A stretch of 64,000 bases of DNA from Selaginella moellendorffii (GCF_000143415.4 NW_003314308.1:1399350-1463349); one strand, 5' to 3'. Positions 27,378-39,039 are shown, numbered from the stretch's first letter. Notes: a model not told the origin generated them from the letters alone. Translations and numbers: made by a program.

Positions 27378-29214
27378 ATGGAAGAAGCTCGTCTCCGCCA
27401 TCACCACCACCGCGTCGCCCTCATGATCGTGCTAGTACTGTCAATCCACCACGCTCACTGCACCACTGTAGAGACGATTGTGTCTAGCGTCGTGAGCTAT
27501 GGAGCCCGTGGAGATGGACAAACAGACGACACAAAGGTTCTCTCTTTCATAGAATGTGACGCGCCACGAACTTATATTTTTGGGAGTTTTGCAACTGACA
27601 GGCTCTGCTAGATGCATGGAATGCTGCTTGTAGCGGTGGTGGAGCGAGCAGGCGGTATGGATCCAGCAGCTATGCGTCCATGGTTCTTGTCCCCGGCGGC
27701 AGAACTTTTGTGATCTCGCCGGTGCAGCTCAAAGGTCCTTGCAAATCACTTATCACCCTCCAAGTAAATCCTTGTCAATCTCAGTCGCTAGCAATTCCAA
27801 CTTTGCTCGAGTTACATGTCTATAGGTGGCTGGAAACCTGGTCGCAAGCACTAGATTTCTCACGAGCGACGAGACAACTCGCGATTGGATTGTGATTCGG
27901 AAAGTTTCGGGACTGACGATCCAGGGCGGGGGCGTTTTGGACGGGAGAGGAAAACAATGGTGGCCCAAATCATGCAAATTCGACTCGACCCAAGTAAGTT
28001 ACATCACAACTTCTACTTTCCATTCATCACTCGCCATCTTGACAAGTTCTTGCAACTTGATCGATCGCATTTGCACGGCGAACTCGCGGAAAATTTAAAT
28101 GTGGCCACGCGCGGCAGCCCTGTCACAGAGCTCCTACGGTACCGTATAATAACCTCTCTTCCATGATCCAATTTATAACTTGGGTGCTATGTACGTGTGT
28201 ACAAACAGTCGCTCGTCCTTCACGACTCGGAAAGGGTCCTTGTCGACGGCTTGACCCTTGTCAACAGCCAACAGATCCATTTCAGTATCTTTCACAGCAG
28301 CAACGTGACCGCCACCAATTTGATCGTGTCTGCCGCAAGAAAGAGCCCTAACACCGATGGCGTTCACGTCCAGGGCTCCAAGTTCGTCAACCTTGGCACC
28401 ATCACCATAGACACAGGCATGCCAGCAAGCTTTTCTTTCTTTCTTTCTTTCTTTCCCTTTCTCACTTTGTTTGCTTTGCTTGATGGTACGAATTATATCC
28501 AGGGGACGATTGCATCTCCATTGGAGCCAACACATCTCACGTCTCCATGCGTGACATTACGTGTGGAGCCGGACATGGAATCAGGTACAATTTCGATCGA
28601 TGATTTTGCGCAAGATTTCAATTGTGATGTGATTGAAGCATCGGAAGCTTGGGAAATTACAAGAGCGCGGCATTTGTGTCCAACATCTCACTGGACGGGG
28701 CCCTCCTCGCCAATACAACCAATGGCCTCCGGATTAAGACATGGCCGGCAAGTGTATAGCATAGCTCAATTACCTGGACATTTACGTAGCCTCCATGCAG
28801 GGTGGCGTTGGCCTCGCTACAGGCATTAGCTTTCGAAATGTGCAGATGGACAACGTCAAGAACCCTATAATCATTGACCAGTTCTACTGCGACATGGAAT
28901 CATCTCCACAGGGATGCGTGAGTACTCGACTTTAGAAAGTCTGGCCGATTTTTTTTTTTATCTTCCTCTTTTGGTCGCAGGGAGAGGATCATGGAAGCGG
29001 CGTGGAGGTGCGAGACGTGGTGTATGAAAACATCAGCGGGAGCTCTGCCACCCCGGTGGGGGTCAAGCTCAACTGTAACCATCCTTGCACAGAGATCGTC
29101 ATGAGCAATATCCGGCTGATTCAAACGAGGGATGGCTCGCCCTGCACTGCCCAGTGTAGTCACGTCTATGGAAGGGCCTACAATGCCACACCTCCTCCCT
29201 GCTTGCTTGTTTGA
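27378..29214 (+). CDS. Polygalacturonase (GH28), multi-exon
   Basis: [41 protein letters not shown] and [10 protein letters not shown], plus a 21-nt mini-exon PCHRAPT. Confidence 0.95.
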
Positions 29215-29298
29215 GTTTGATCAATCTTGGTGGAGCTCATTGAAACTCTTGTGCTCATTATATGAAACGTGAAAGGATCGGGTCTTGCCCGGTGAATC

Positions 29299-32214
29299 TT
29301 ATGACCCGCATCGACGGTCTTTGTTCGAAATGCCCGAAGAGAAAACACCAAACTTGGCTGCCATGGTTTGCAAAACGAATGATTGCTCCTTCCACAAGCC
29401 TGAGCTGCCATAGAGCTTGACCATGAGCATGTAACCAGCCGAGTCCCTGGAGCCAAAGTCCGACTCCACGAAGCGATCAAACACGGCCTTTCCCACCGCC
29501 ACATTGTTCCACTTGCAACAGGCGGCCAGCAGCGTCGACCATGTCACTCCACTGGCGGTGAAAGGCATGCTTTCCACCAGCACCATTGCCTCCTCCAGAC
29601 GGTTGGCTCGTCCCAGCGTGTCGATCATGCAGTGGTAGTGCTCAGCAACGGGCTCCACTGTGCTTTCACCGCCGGCACCGCGTACCAGCGCCTCGAAGTG
29701 TGACTTGGCCATCTCAACCAGTCCCGTGTGGCTGCACGCCGAGAGGATGGAGACGAGAGTGATAGCGTCGGGTTTCAAGCCTTCGTCTTTCATACTCTGG
29801 AGAGCACCAAGAACTCGATCGCTCTCTCCTCGAGCACAGTAGCCTGTCATGAGTGCGTTCCAAGTGATGACACAGAACGACTGCTGTGTGCTGTCGAAAA
29901 CTTGCTGCGCGTCCAACGCAAGCCCGGACTTTGCATAGGCGTCCACCATGCAAGAGACGAGCACCGCGTCACCGATGTCGAGCAGACCATCTCTGCACAG
30001 CACGGCATGGATGGACTTGGCTAAGGTGGCCGCGCTGCAAGCACTGCACGCCTTGAGAGCAGCGGCATAAGTCCGTGCGTCACACACCTCCCGGTGATGA
30101 TGCTGCAAGTGTGCAAACAGTCCGAGAGCCACCTCGCTCTCCCCGTTGCCAGCGTAGCCCAGTAGCAGCGAGTTCCAAGACACGATGCTGGAGCACGGCA
30201 TTGTGTCAAACACCCTGCGAGCGTCCACAAGGCTCCCACACTTTGCGTACATATCCAGAACGCTGTTTGCCACCTCGTATCCACGCCTGGAAGCTCCGCA
30301 ATGCAGTTCCATCCCTTTCTCCAGCGACCTCAGCTTCACACTCGTCCCGTCCTCAATCTGCGTCGCTTCTTCTCCGGATGAAAGGCTCGCGCAGGCTTTG
30401 AGAGCTGCCGTGTATGTTACATGGTCTGGTGTTCCAGCGGCAGCAAACACCTCCAAGGCCAGTTTTTCCTCCCCGTTTTCGGCATAAGCTTGAACTAGAG
30501 AGTTCCACGACACCATACTGTGTCTTGGCATGCTGTCGAAGACCATACGGCTGTCCAGAATGCTTCCACACTTTGCATACAGATCCACCAGAGCGTTTGC
30601 AACAAATGTGTCACCGTCACAGCCAAATCTTCGAGCCCGAGTATGAATAGCCATGCTTCTCTCGAGAACTTCCAGCTTGGAAAGTTTGGATCCGGCTGCC
30701 AGGCTCGAGCAGGCTTTCAGAGCCGCAACAAACATTGGAGGATCTGGCGTAATATGGTTCTCCGATTCAGCCAGGAGGTCTAGAGCCGCCTCCGCTTTCC
30801 CGCTCTCGACATATCCCAGAAGGAGCACTGTCCAAGAGATAGCATCCCGGCGTTTCATCTTCTCGAACACCCTCACCGCGTCCTCGACGCTCCCACACTT
30901 GCAATAAGTATCCAGCAGAGAGTTCGCCACGAAAGCCTCCCGATCACAGCCGCGGCTTGCAGCTTTCCTGTGGACTGAACTGGCTCTCTGCAAGCACCCT
31001 GACTTGACCATCCTGCCATCGACTAGCGCTCCCTTTTCAGTAGCTGCTAAGCTCGAGCATGCCTTGAAAGCAGCAACAAAAGTTCTTGCATCTGGTGTAT
31101 ATCCCCTGTGTTGCATGGCCTCAAAGAGCTCCAAGGCAACCTCTTCCTGGGCATCTTCTACGTATCCCAATATCATGACGTTCCAAGACACCACAGTCGG
31201 GCAATTCATTCTGTCAAACACCTTCCTGGCCTCGGTGACACTTCCACACTTTGAGTACATGTCGATCAAGCTGCTTGTCACGTAAGGATCGGTGTCTAGT
31301 CCCTGGCTTGCCATCTGCGAGTGGATGGCCATTCCCAGCTGCAAGGACTTCCATTTTACGACCTTCCTATCGTTGAGAGAGTCCAGAAAGCTGACAGTGC
31401 CTTCCTCTTCCCCAGCAATGCTGCCACAAGCCTGGAGCGCTGCCACGAACGCTCGAGCGTCCGGAACACACGAGCCTTGCGCTTGCATGCACGAGAAAAG
31501 CTCCAGAGCAAGCTCGCCGTCTCCATTGTCGACATGGCCCAGGATCAAAGCTGTCCACGACACCAAGTCGTGGTTCTTCATCCGGTCGAACACCCTGCGA
31601 GCGTCCGCCATGCTTCCACACCTGCCATACAAATCCATGAGTGAGCTCGCCACGAAAACATCCAACTCACAAGTTCCTTTGGCGCTAGAGTGGAGAGTCA
31701 TGGCATCGTCCAATCCCCGGAGTTTGATGCCTAGACTGTCTCCAGTTTCCTTTGCTGCTCGCAAAGTGATGGCCTTGACCGCTGCCAGCAACGTCCTCGC
31801 ATCTGGAGTAGCACCTTGTGATCGCATGAAATCGAAGAGCTGGAGAGCTTTCTCTTCTTCCCCATTCTCCACGTAGCCCAGCATCAAAACATTCCAGGCG
31901 ACCATCACATTGGCGGAACCGTGTGCCAGTCTCATGCTGTGGAAGGCATCGCTCGCAGCAGCCAAGCTTCCACACCGAACATACATCTTGACGAGAATGC
32001 CGGAGAAGTAAATGCTGCTGCTCCATGCCTCACACTGGCTCCCATCGGCGTGGATCTTACTCCCCAAATCCACGTCTCTGGAATCGCCAGCCGCTTCCAG
32101 CGCCGCCAATGCGATGCCTAGGCTATTCACATTACCAGTGCTGCTGTGCTCTGGCAATCGACGCTTCAGGCAGCCCGCGATCCAGAAGCGCCGCGCAACC
32201 GGGGATCCACGCAT
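29299..32214 (-). CDS. PLS-class PPR protein with E domain, no DYW, intronless
   Basis: Repeated LxDxYxKCGSxxDARRVFD and VSWNxxxxGY motifs, ending EHYHCMIDTLGRA..TWSTLLAAC. Confidence 0.95.
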   Translation of the reverse strand: MRGSPVARRFWIAGCLKRRLPEHSSTGNVNSLGIALAALEAAGDSRDVDLGSKIHADGSQCEAWSSSIYFSGILVKMYVRCGSLAAASDAFHSMRLAHGSANVMVAWNVLMLGYVENGEEEKALQLFDFMRSQGATPDARTLLAAVKAITLRAAKETGDSLGIKLRGLDDAMTLHSSAKGTCELDVFVASSLMDLYGRCGSMADARRVFDRMKNHDLVSWTALILGHVDNGDGELALELFSCMQAQGSCVPDARAFVAALQACGSIAGEEEGTVSFLDSLNDRKVVKWKSLQLGMAIHSQMASQGLDTDPYVTSSLIDMYSKCGSVTEARKVFDRMNCPTVVSWNVMILGYVEDAQEEVALELFEAMQHRGYTPDARTFVAAFKACSSLAATEKGALVDGRMVKSGCLQRASSVHRKAASRGCDREAFVANSLLDTYCKCGSVEDAVRVFEKMKRRDAISWTVLLLGYVESGKAEAALDLLAESENHITPDPPMFVAALKACSSLAAGSKLSKLEVLERSMAIHTRARRFGCDGDTFVANALVDLYAKCGSILDSRMVFDSMPRHSMVSWNSLVQAYAENGEEKLALEVFAAAGTPDHVTYTAALKACASLSSGEEATQIEDGTSVKLRSLEKGMELHCGASRRGYEVANSVLDMYAKCGSLVDARRVFDTMPCSSIVSWNSLLLGYAGNGESEVALGLFAHLQHHHREVCDARTYAAALKACSACSAATLAKSIHAVLCRDGLLDIGDAVLVSCMVDAYAKSGLALDAQQVFDSTQQSFCVITWNALMTGYCARGESDRVLGALQSMKDEGLKPDAITLVSILSACSHTGLVEMAKSHFEALVRGAGGESTVEPVAEHYHCMIDTLGRANRLEEAMVLVESMPFTASGVTWSTLLAACCKWNNVAVGKAVFDRFVESDFGSRDSAGYMLMVKLYGSSGLWKEQSFVLQTMAAKFGVFSSGISNKDRRCGS

Positions 32215-33120
32215 TCATTTTTTTTAGGGTTCTTGGGGAGTAGACCACTGCCTTTATTATAACCAAGCAAAAAGCACACTTCCAGCAAGAATGTGCACTA
32301 TAGCGTTTGTTCAATTTTTCCGCGACAAGGTAGTAGCGAACTGCTCTTTGCAAGCTCTGGGAACAAGTAGATGAACAATTGCCACGACAAATTCCAGAGC
32401 GAAGACTTGAAGGAGAAACGAGGCTGAAAATGAAACGACGGGAGTAAGCCCATGCATTGTCTGTCCTTTTTGATTACGAATGCCAATCTGGCTCCTTAGC
32501 TACAATAGAAAATGCAAGCTCTCCTTCGTGAGAGCATTCACTTTTCATTACCGCCACTGCCTTCACTATGCAATTTCGCAGTTTGTTGTTTCCAACATAG
32601 CTAAACATCATCTCTGGCTTTCATCCTCTAACTTCCTCATCCCTGAAGTGGAATTCAGAGACATATCGACCAAGCGTTACTGGCTCCCTGGATGAACCTG
32701 AAAAAGCAAGTTTAACCGTGGATCCTGTCAATATAACACAAAACTCTGCTGGAGATTGTGATCCAGTCGAGCAAAAATATCGTTTCCATGCCTCAAGCAT
32801 CTGTGAACAATACGACAAGCGATGAACAATGGTTCCTGCTCCTGGACAAGGTTCCTTTCTCCTTCACCCACAGCTCAACACCTTTGCAACCTGGATGTAC
32901 TTCGTTTGAGTGCCGAAACATTTTCAGGCATTTTCTTTAGTAATGCTTCTTTTACCACATTCCCACTTCTGACAGTATTGAAGCAGCAGCATTAGACCTG
33001 TGTTTAGGGTGAACAGCTATGTTGCAAAGTGATTTATTTGCTTTACTACTGGTCAATGCCATGACGGGGTCGCGGCCGGGTTGAAAATCTTTGCCGCGGG
33101 GAAAAGAGTCCTGGGCGCAA

Positions 33121-35378
33121 ATGCAGGCTGTGACTGTGCTTGTGCACATCCGGCCCTTGATCGGAGAGGAGCGATCGCAAGGAAACGATTGCGTGTCTGT
33201 TGTTCCTGGAGAGCCGCAGGTAAAATCTTGTTTAGGAAGTTTCGATCGATGTCTTTCTTTGTTTGATCAGGTCCTTACTGGGGAGCATCGTTTCACGTTT
33301 GATCGAGTCTATGGAGGCGGTGGAACTGCGCCGCCGTTTATCTTTGATCAATGCGTTCTACCGCTCGTGGAGGGATTGTTCCAAGGTTACAACGCCACCG
33401 TCTTTGCCTATGGTCAGGTGAGTGCTCCTTTCTTCTTCTTTTGTGAGCTCGTTTTTCTTTGTGTTTTTCTCTAGACTGGATCTGGAAAGACATATACAAT
33501 GGGGACAGGATACGGCAGCAAGGAGGGCGTTATCCCTCGAGTCATGGACACGCTCTTCCAGAAGATCGACGCTTTGAAGCACAAGGCGGACTTTCAAGTC
33601 CGGGTTTCTTTTATCGAGGTGAGGGGATTGCTGTTTTCTCTTTCCAACATTCTTCAGCTTCTCAAAGAACAGATTTTCAAGGAGAACGTGAGAGACCTCC
33701 TCTCTTCAAGCTCTTCTGAGTCTCATATAAAGATTCGAGAGACTGGGAGTGCAGGTGTTTTTCTCACTGGCGTCACCGAAGTGGACGTGAAAAGCTCGCA
33801 GGAAATGACTGCTTGCTTGGACAAAGGCTCGCGGTGTCGAGCGACAGGCAGCACAAGCATGAATTTGCATTCAAGGTCTCGTTGGCCGTAGAATGTTTCT
33901 TATAACACCTCACGCTGTGCATGCGCAGCCGATCCCATGCGATTTTCACCTTAAACGTCGAGCAGCGTCCAAAACTGAGTGGTGATGCGTCACGAGCTAC
34001 AGTCGATATTCTCCGTGCGAAGTTCCACCTGGTCGATCTTGCCGGCTCCGAGCGAGTAAAGAAAACAAGAGCTGACGGGGATCGTTTCAGTGAAGGTAAA
34101 CGTTCTTTCTTCGCATAACACAAATCAAGTTTGATGTGATGCAGGTGTACATATAAACCGTGGCCTTTTGGCGCTTGGCAACGTGATCAGTGCTTTAGGA
34201 GCTGACAAGAAACGAGGCCATGTCCCGTACAGGGATAGCAAACTTACACGCCTCCTACAGGTAAGATTTGAGAAGCATGACGTTGTGGTGATCGATTGTT
34301 TTTGGATGCAGGATTCACTGGGTGGGAACAGCCACACTACCATGATAGGTGAGTGAGTGGAACCTCACTTTTTCGTTCTCCTTACTCGATGTTCAGCTTG
34401 CATTAGTCCGGCCGCTTCAAATGCGGAGGAAACTCTGAACACGTTGAAGTATGCCAATCGTGCACGCAACATCCAGAACAAGCCGGTGGTATGTCTTCTC
34501 ATGTTGTATATTACATCTTTTATCCACTCCTGACGTTTTTACTGTGACAGGTTAATCGTGTAGTTGCTGAGATCCAAAAAATGCGACAAGAAGTAGAGCT
34601 GTTAAAAGGAGCAAATCAGGTAATGTCTTCTTTGGTTTCTTTGGTTGCTGACTGGGTGTGGCGTTGCTACAAGCTTAGGCTCTTGAGCAAAAGGTTGACC
34701 TCCAAGCAAAGGAGCTGGACTTTCAGGCAATGGAACTGGACGAGGCAGCAAAGCGAGAAAATGTAAGCTTTTTCCTCATAGTGGTGTAACTCTTGACAAA
34801 CTAATTTGTGTTTAGATTCTGGAGAAGAAATTGAGCTTTCTAGAGCAAGAGCTGCAAGACATCAAGGAAAGCAAAGCATTCCGCGTGCCAGAGAATCAGC
34901 AGAGTGTAAGTCGTATTTGTATCTCTGCCAACTTTGAAGGTGATTTTTGGTATCGTAGGCTGGTCAAGAAGTGGTGGAAGTGATCGTGAAGTGGGAATTA
35001 AATGGAGAGCTTATCGCCATCATCAGTATTGGAAAGAGAGCCAAGCTTTCGGAGCTACGAGCCCAGGTCACTCCAAGAGTTCCTCGTCTGAAGCGGGGTT
35101 TTACTTTCATTTTGTGTGAGGGACCTGTCGGCCAAGATCTGGAAGATCAAATCCGTGTGGTGTCGTTCAAGAACGACACTGGCGCTTTCGTTGTGGTGGT
35201 TCGTCCCCCAGCAACGCGAAGTTTTGCAAGCTTGAAACGAACCCCGCTCGTAGAAGTGACCAAGAATGACGAGCCGGTGAAGCTTGTGAAGACGAGCGCT
35301 CCGAGAAGAGAGAAAATATCGCTGGCCCAGAGAGCCAAGATGAGCGTCGTTGATGATATACTAGCTAAGCTTCACTAG
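33121..35378 (+). CDS. Kinesin with kinesin-4-like motor and short atypical tail, multi-exon
   Basis: [14 protein letters not shown]|[51 protein letters not shown] and [15 protein letters not shown]. Confidence 0.92.
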
Positions 35379-35393
35379 GTGATTATAACTTTG

Positions 35394-37979
35394 ATGTTCT
35401 GCCATGCTCCAAGTGGACTACTGGTCACTGCAGATCTCGAAGAAGATCGTCTTCGCATTTCAAGTCCAACCACAGGCTCAAAGGATTGGTATGCGTCTCG
35501 GCTGAGAAGTTGTCACGGGTTAGACGAAGGTAGAAGCATCCATGCCAGCATTCGTTCCAGCGGCCATGGTGGAAGCCGTTTCCTGGGGAATCTCCTGGTC
35601 CAGATGTATGGTAAGCATGGTAACTTCGATCTCGCGCTTGAAACGTTCGGCCACATTCAAGAGCCAAACGTTTTCTCTTGGACCATCTTGATTGCAGCAT
35701 TTGCCCGGAATGGCCATTACCAGCGGGCATTTGAGCTCCTGTGCAGAATGCAAAACGAGGGAGTGAGATTCAACGCGGTGACAATCTCGAGCGTGTTGAC
35801 GGCTTGCAGGGACATCAAACAGGCTCGAGAACTGGAAAGGCTGGCAGCAGTGGCTGGTTTTGGGGGCGAGGAGAGGATACTTCGCAGCCTCATCCATGCG
35901 TATGGAGAATGTGGTAGTGTGGACGACGCTCGGGAGGTTTTTGACGCCATGGAAGCTGCTGGAGACCTTGTCTCTTGCACGGCTTTGATGGGAGCGTATG
36001 CTCGAAACGGGTATAGCGTGGAAGCTCTGAGGCTGTTCCAGAAGATGAGCTTGGAAGGCGTCAGGCTCGACAAGATCAGCTTTGTGAGCGTCATAAACGC
36101 ATGTGCCTGTGCTAGAGACTTGCGGCGAGGTAAGCTCTGTCACGAGCTCTTGACACAAACTGGTTTGGACACTGATTTGACTTTGCAGAACACTCTCCTG
36201 AGCATGTATGGGAAGTGTGGAATGCTCGACGAGCTGCACGATATGTTCTGCATTATACAAGCTCCAGACACTGTTTCCTACAACTCGATCATCTCGGCTC
36301 TTGCTCACAACTCCCAGCCTAGGCAAGCTCTCTTTTTATTTCGATGTATGCTGCTTGACGGCAGTCTACCAAGTCTAGTCACATTCATCTCTGTCGCTCA
36401 CGCTTGCGGGTGCATAGGTGATTCTAGGCCAGCTGCGGTTATCTGTTCGCTGATTCGAGAGTGTTGTGGAGTTACCACCAGCAATTCGGTTTTGAGATCG
36501 GCTATAGTTGTGATGCATGGAAGGTGTGGAGACGTGGAAGCAGCAAGGGAGGCTTATGAATCTTACGCAAAGGACGAGCTAGGCTGCACGTCAATGGTTG
36601 CTGCATACGTTCAAAACCACAAATTTGGTCGAGCTCTGGGCTTGTTCCGACGCATGCACCTCGAAGGCATTAAGCCCAACAAGGTAACCTTTCTCAGCGC
36701 TCTCGATGCATGCAGCAACACTGGAGATTCTTCTCAAGCGAAAACTGTCCATGGTTGTGTTATTGACGCAGGATACGAGACGGACCACGAGATTGGGAAC
36801 GCGAGAATCAGCATGTACGGGAAATGTGGGAGTTTGGAGCAAGCCAGAAAACTCTTCGACATGAAAACGTACAAGGACGTGCTCACTTGGACAGGAATGG
36901 CGGGAGCTTATGCACGTAACAAGGAAGAAACTCAAGGTCTGAAGCTCTTTAAGGAGATGCAACTCAACGGGATCAAGCCGAACAAGGTAGCGTTTGTGGT
37001 GGCATTGGATGCCTGTGCTAACTCGGGCAGCAGCTTCGTTCTGTCGCAAGGGAGGAGACTTCACGAACAGGTTAGCGAGAGCGCGCTTGAAAGGGACACT
37101 GCAGTGGGAAACTGCCTTATAAACATGTACGTCAGCTGCGGGAGCTTGGAAGACGCAAGGACGCAGCTAGAGAAGATGGAGAACCAGAGGAACTTGACTT
37201 CGTGGAACACTATGGTGTGTGGACTCGCCAGGAGCAGCGGGCACGAGGAGCAGGCTCTGGACCTGATTTCCCTCATGGACTTGGAGGGAGTAGCACCCGA
37301 TGTCATCACCTTTTCCAGCGCTCTTGAGGCTTGTGCTAGCACCGCAGCTCTAGCTCGCGGCCAAATGATCCATGCTCGGATTGTCGAGAGTGGTGATGCG
37401 CTCGATCTTCACACGAATTTGGTTCTGGGGACTTGCCTCGTCAACTTATACGGCAAGTGCGGCAGTCCAGAGAGAGCAAGACAGGTGTTTGAGGAAATTC
37501 GTAGTAGCGGCGACACCGTCTTGTGGAATGCAATGATCGGAGCTTATACTCGGCACGGGCGTGTCGGGGAGGCAGTGGAGCTGTTCCAGGCTTTAGTTGT
37601 CGAGGGCGTTGCTCCAGACAAGGTGACCTTCGTCTCCATCCTGGCTGGCTTTTGCCATGGCTGCCATCAGCAGGAGGAAGCTGCGGCCGCGGAGCATTTT
37701 CTTCTTATGGACGAGTTCATGATTAACCCGGGAGTCGAGCACTTCACTTGCTTGATGGATCTTTTGGCGAGGAAAGGGCGGCTTCTTGAGGCCGAGGAAC
37801 TGCTCAAGGCAATGCCGTTTCAACCCCAAGGAATCAACCTGGTGTCGCTCTTGGCCGCGTGCAAGCGCTACCAGGAGGTCGAACGAGCCGAGTCAACCGC
37901 CGAGTTTATCATGAAGCTTGATCCCACACAAGCACCGGCTTACGTGCTCTTGTCCGATGTGTATGCTGCTGCAGCCTAG
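35394..37979 (+). CDS. PLS-class PPR protein ending in an E domain, intronless
   Basis: First in-frame ATG at 35394. Many MYGKCGS and WNxMI motifs, ending EHFTCLMDLLAR..AYVLLSDVY. Confidence 0.93.
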   Translation: MFCHAPSGLLVTADLEEDRLRISSPTTGSKDWYASRLRSCHGLDEGRSIHASIRSSGHGGSRFLGNLLVQMYGKHGNFDLALETFGHIQEPNVFSWTILIAAFARNGHYQRAFELLCRMQNEGVRFNAVTISSVLTACRDIKQARELERLAAVAGFGGEERILRSLIHAYGECGSVDDAREVFDAMEAAGDLVSCTALMGAYARNGYSVEALRLFQKMSLEGVRLDKISFVSVINACACARDLRRGKLCHELLTQTGLDTDLTLQNTLLSMYGKCGMLDELHDMFCIIQAPDTVSYNSIISALAHNSQPRQALFLFRCMLLDGSLPSLVTFISVAHACGCIGDSRPAAVICSLIRECCGVTTSNSVLRSAIVVMHGRCGDVEAAREAYESYAKDELGCTSMVAAYVQNHKFGRALGLFRRMHLEGIKPNKVTFLSALDACSNTGDSSQAKTVHGCVIDAGYETDHEIGNARISMYGKCGSLEQARKLFDMKTYKDVLTWTGMAGAYARNKEETQGLKLFKEMQLNGIKPNKVAFVVALDACANSGSSFVLSQGRRLHEQVSESALERDTAVGNCLINMYVSCGSLEDARTQLEKMENQRNLTSWNTMVCGLARSSGHEEQALDLISLMDLEGVAPDVITFSSALEACASTAALARGQMIHARIVESGDALDLHTNLVLGTCLVNLYGKCGSPERARQVFEEIRSSGDTVLWNAMIGAYTRHGRVGEAVELFQALVVEGVAPDKVTFVSILAGFCHGCHQQEEAAAAEHFLLMDEFMINPGVEHFTCLMDLLARKGRLLEAEELLKAMPFQPQGINLVSLLAACKRYQEVERAESTAEFIMKLDPTQAPAYVLLSDVYAAAA

Positions 37980-38534
37980 AGAAACCATGGTGAGGTCTAA
38001 GGTGTCTGACCAAGTTACAATCGAATATTCAGGGAAAAGATGCCACTGGGTTCCAGACATCGCATAGAGGAATAAAAGGCAGCCATGGAAAGGAAGAACC
38101 TCTTCCTCCAGCTGCTTTGAAGCAACCTGGAATCCAGGATTTCAAGGATGAACACTGGCACATAGTAGATCATCTAGTAGATTGAGAAGTCCATTTTGAA
38201 AATATTACGGTTGATAGCTTGGTACATGATTCTTGTTCAGCCTTGCTTTTACGAATCAGCTGAAAAGAGTTCTTCAGGGCGACGCTCTGTTTGTTTGGAA
38301 AATAATCATCGATTATCAGATCGAAGACCGGATTTGTTGGCGAAGGCAGAATAGCGATTGAAGTGACATGCTACAGAATGAAGATTTGCCACAACATGGT
38401 CATTGAAAGATTGCATCCTTGCTGAATATCAGAAGCCTTTGCCGCTGAGCAATTAGGTGTTCAAGGTGTCTTTGGTCTAGAATTTCCTTCTTATGGGGCG
38501 TGTTCAAACCGACTGCCTGTTTATCATTCAGCCT

Positions 38535-38569
38535 CAGGCACCGCCTTACGTGCTCTTGTCCGATGTGTA
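38535..38569 (+). repeat. Short duplicate of the PPR 3' end
   Basis: CAGGCACCGCCTTACGTGCTCTTGTCCGATGTGTA matches 37929-37963 with 2 mismatches. Confidence 0.8.
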
Positions 38570-39039
38570 ATCTGAGCTTCCTTCTAGAATCATGGTGGCC
38601 AAAAGCGAGACCATGTATAGATTAAAAACTTCACCCCTCCGTTTGCATGCACGCTACTATTATAAGAGGCCAGTTTTCAAACTTTCATACCGTTAGCTTG
38701 CTGGGAAAAAGAAGAACACAAAGGCTGGTACAAGTTTCAAAAGGCGCCCCTGGATACATTATTGATTGACTTGCAAACAACGGGAGACCGGAATGTCGAA
38801 TCGAATTCAAATAGACAAAAGAATTCGGGCTTTGCAGCTGGTAGATTAGAGAAACGGTGGAAATTGAGAGAGGAAGACCAGGGAGATAGACAAGAATGTA
38901 AATCGGTCGTCATGCATGCAACGCTGCTCAGGCTGCTGCTCTGCTGACAAATTGAAAACATAATCAGTAAGGTTTTTAGTGTGTGGGTTGTCCCGAGCGT
39001 CGTGTTTTAAAACGCGTATGGTTCGGATGAAATATATCA

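Noticed and set aside
32300-33060. Possible coding remnant between the PPR and kinesin genes
   Set aside because: No recognisable motif and stops in the frames examined.
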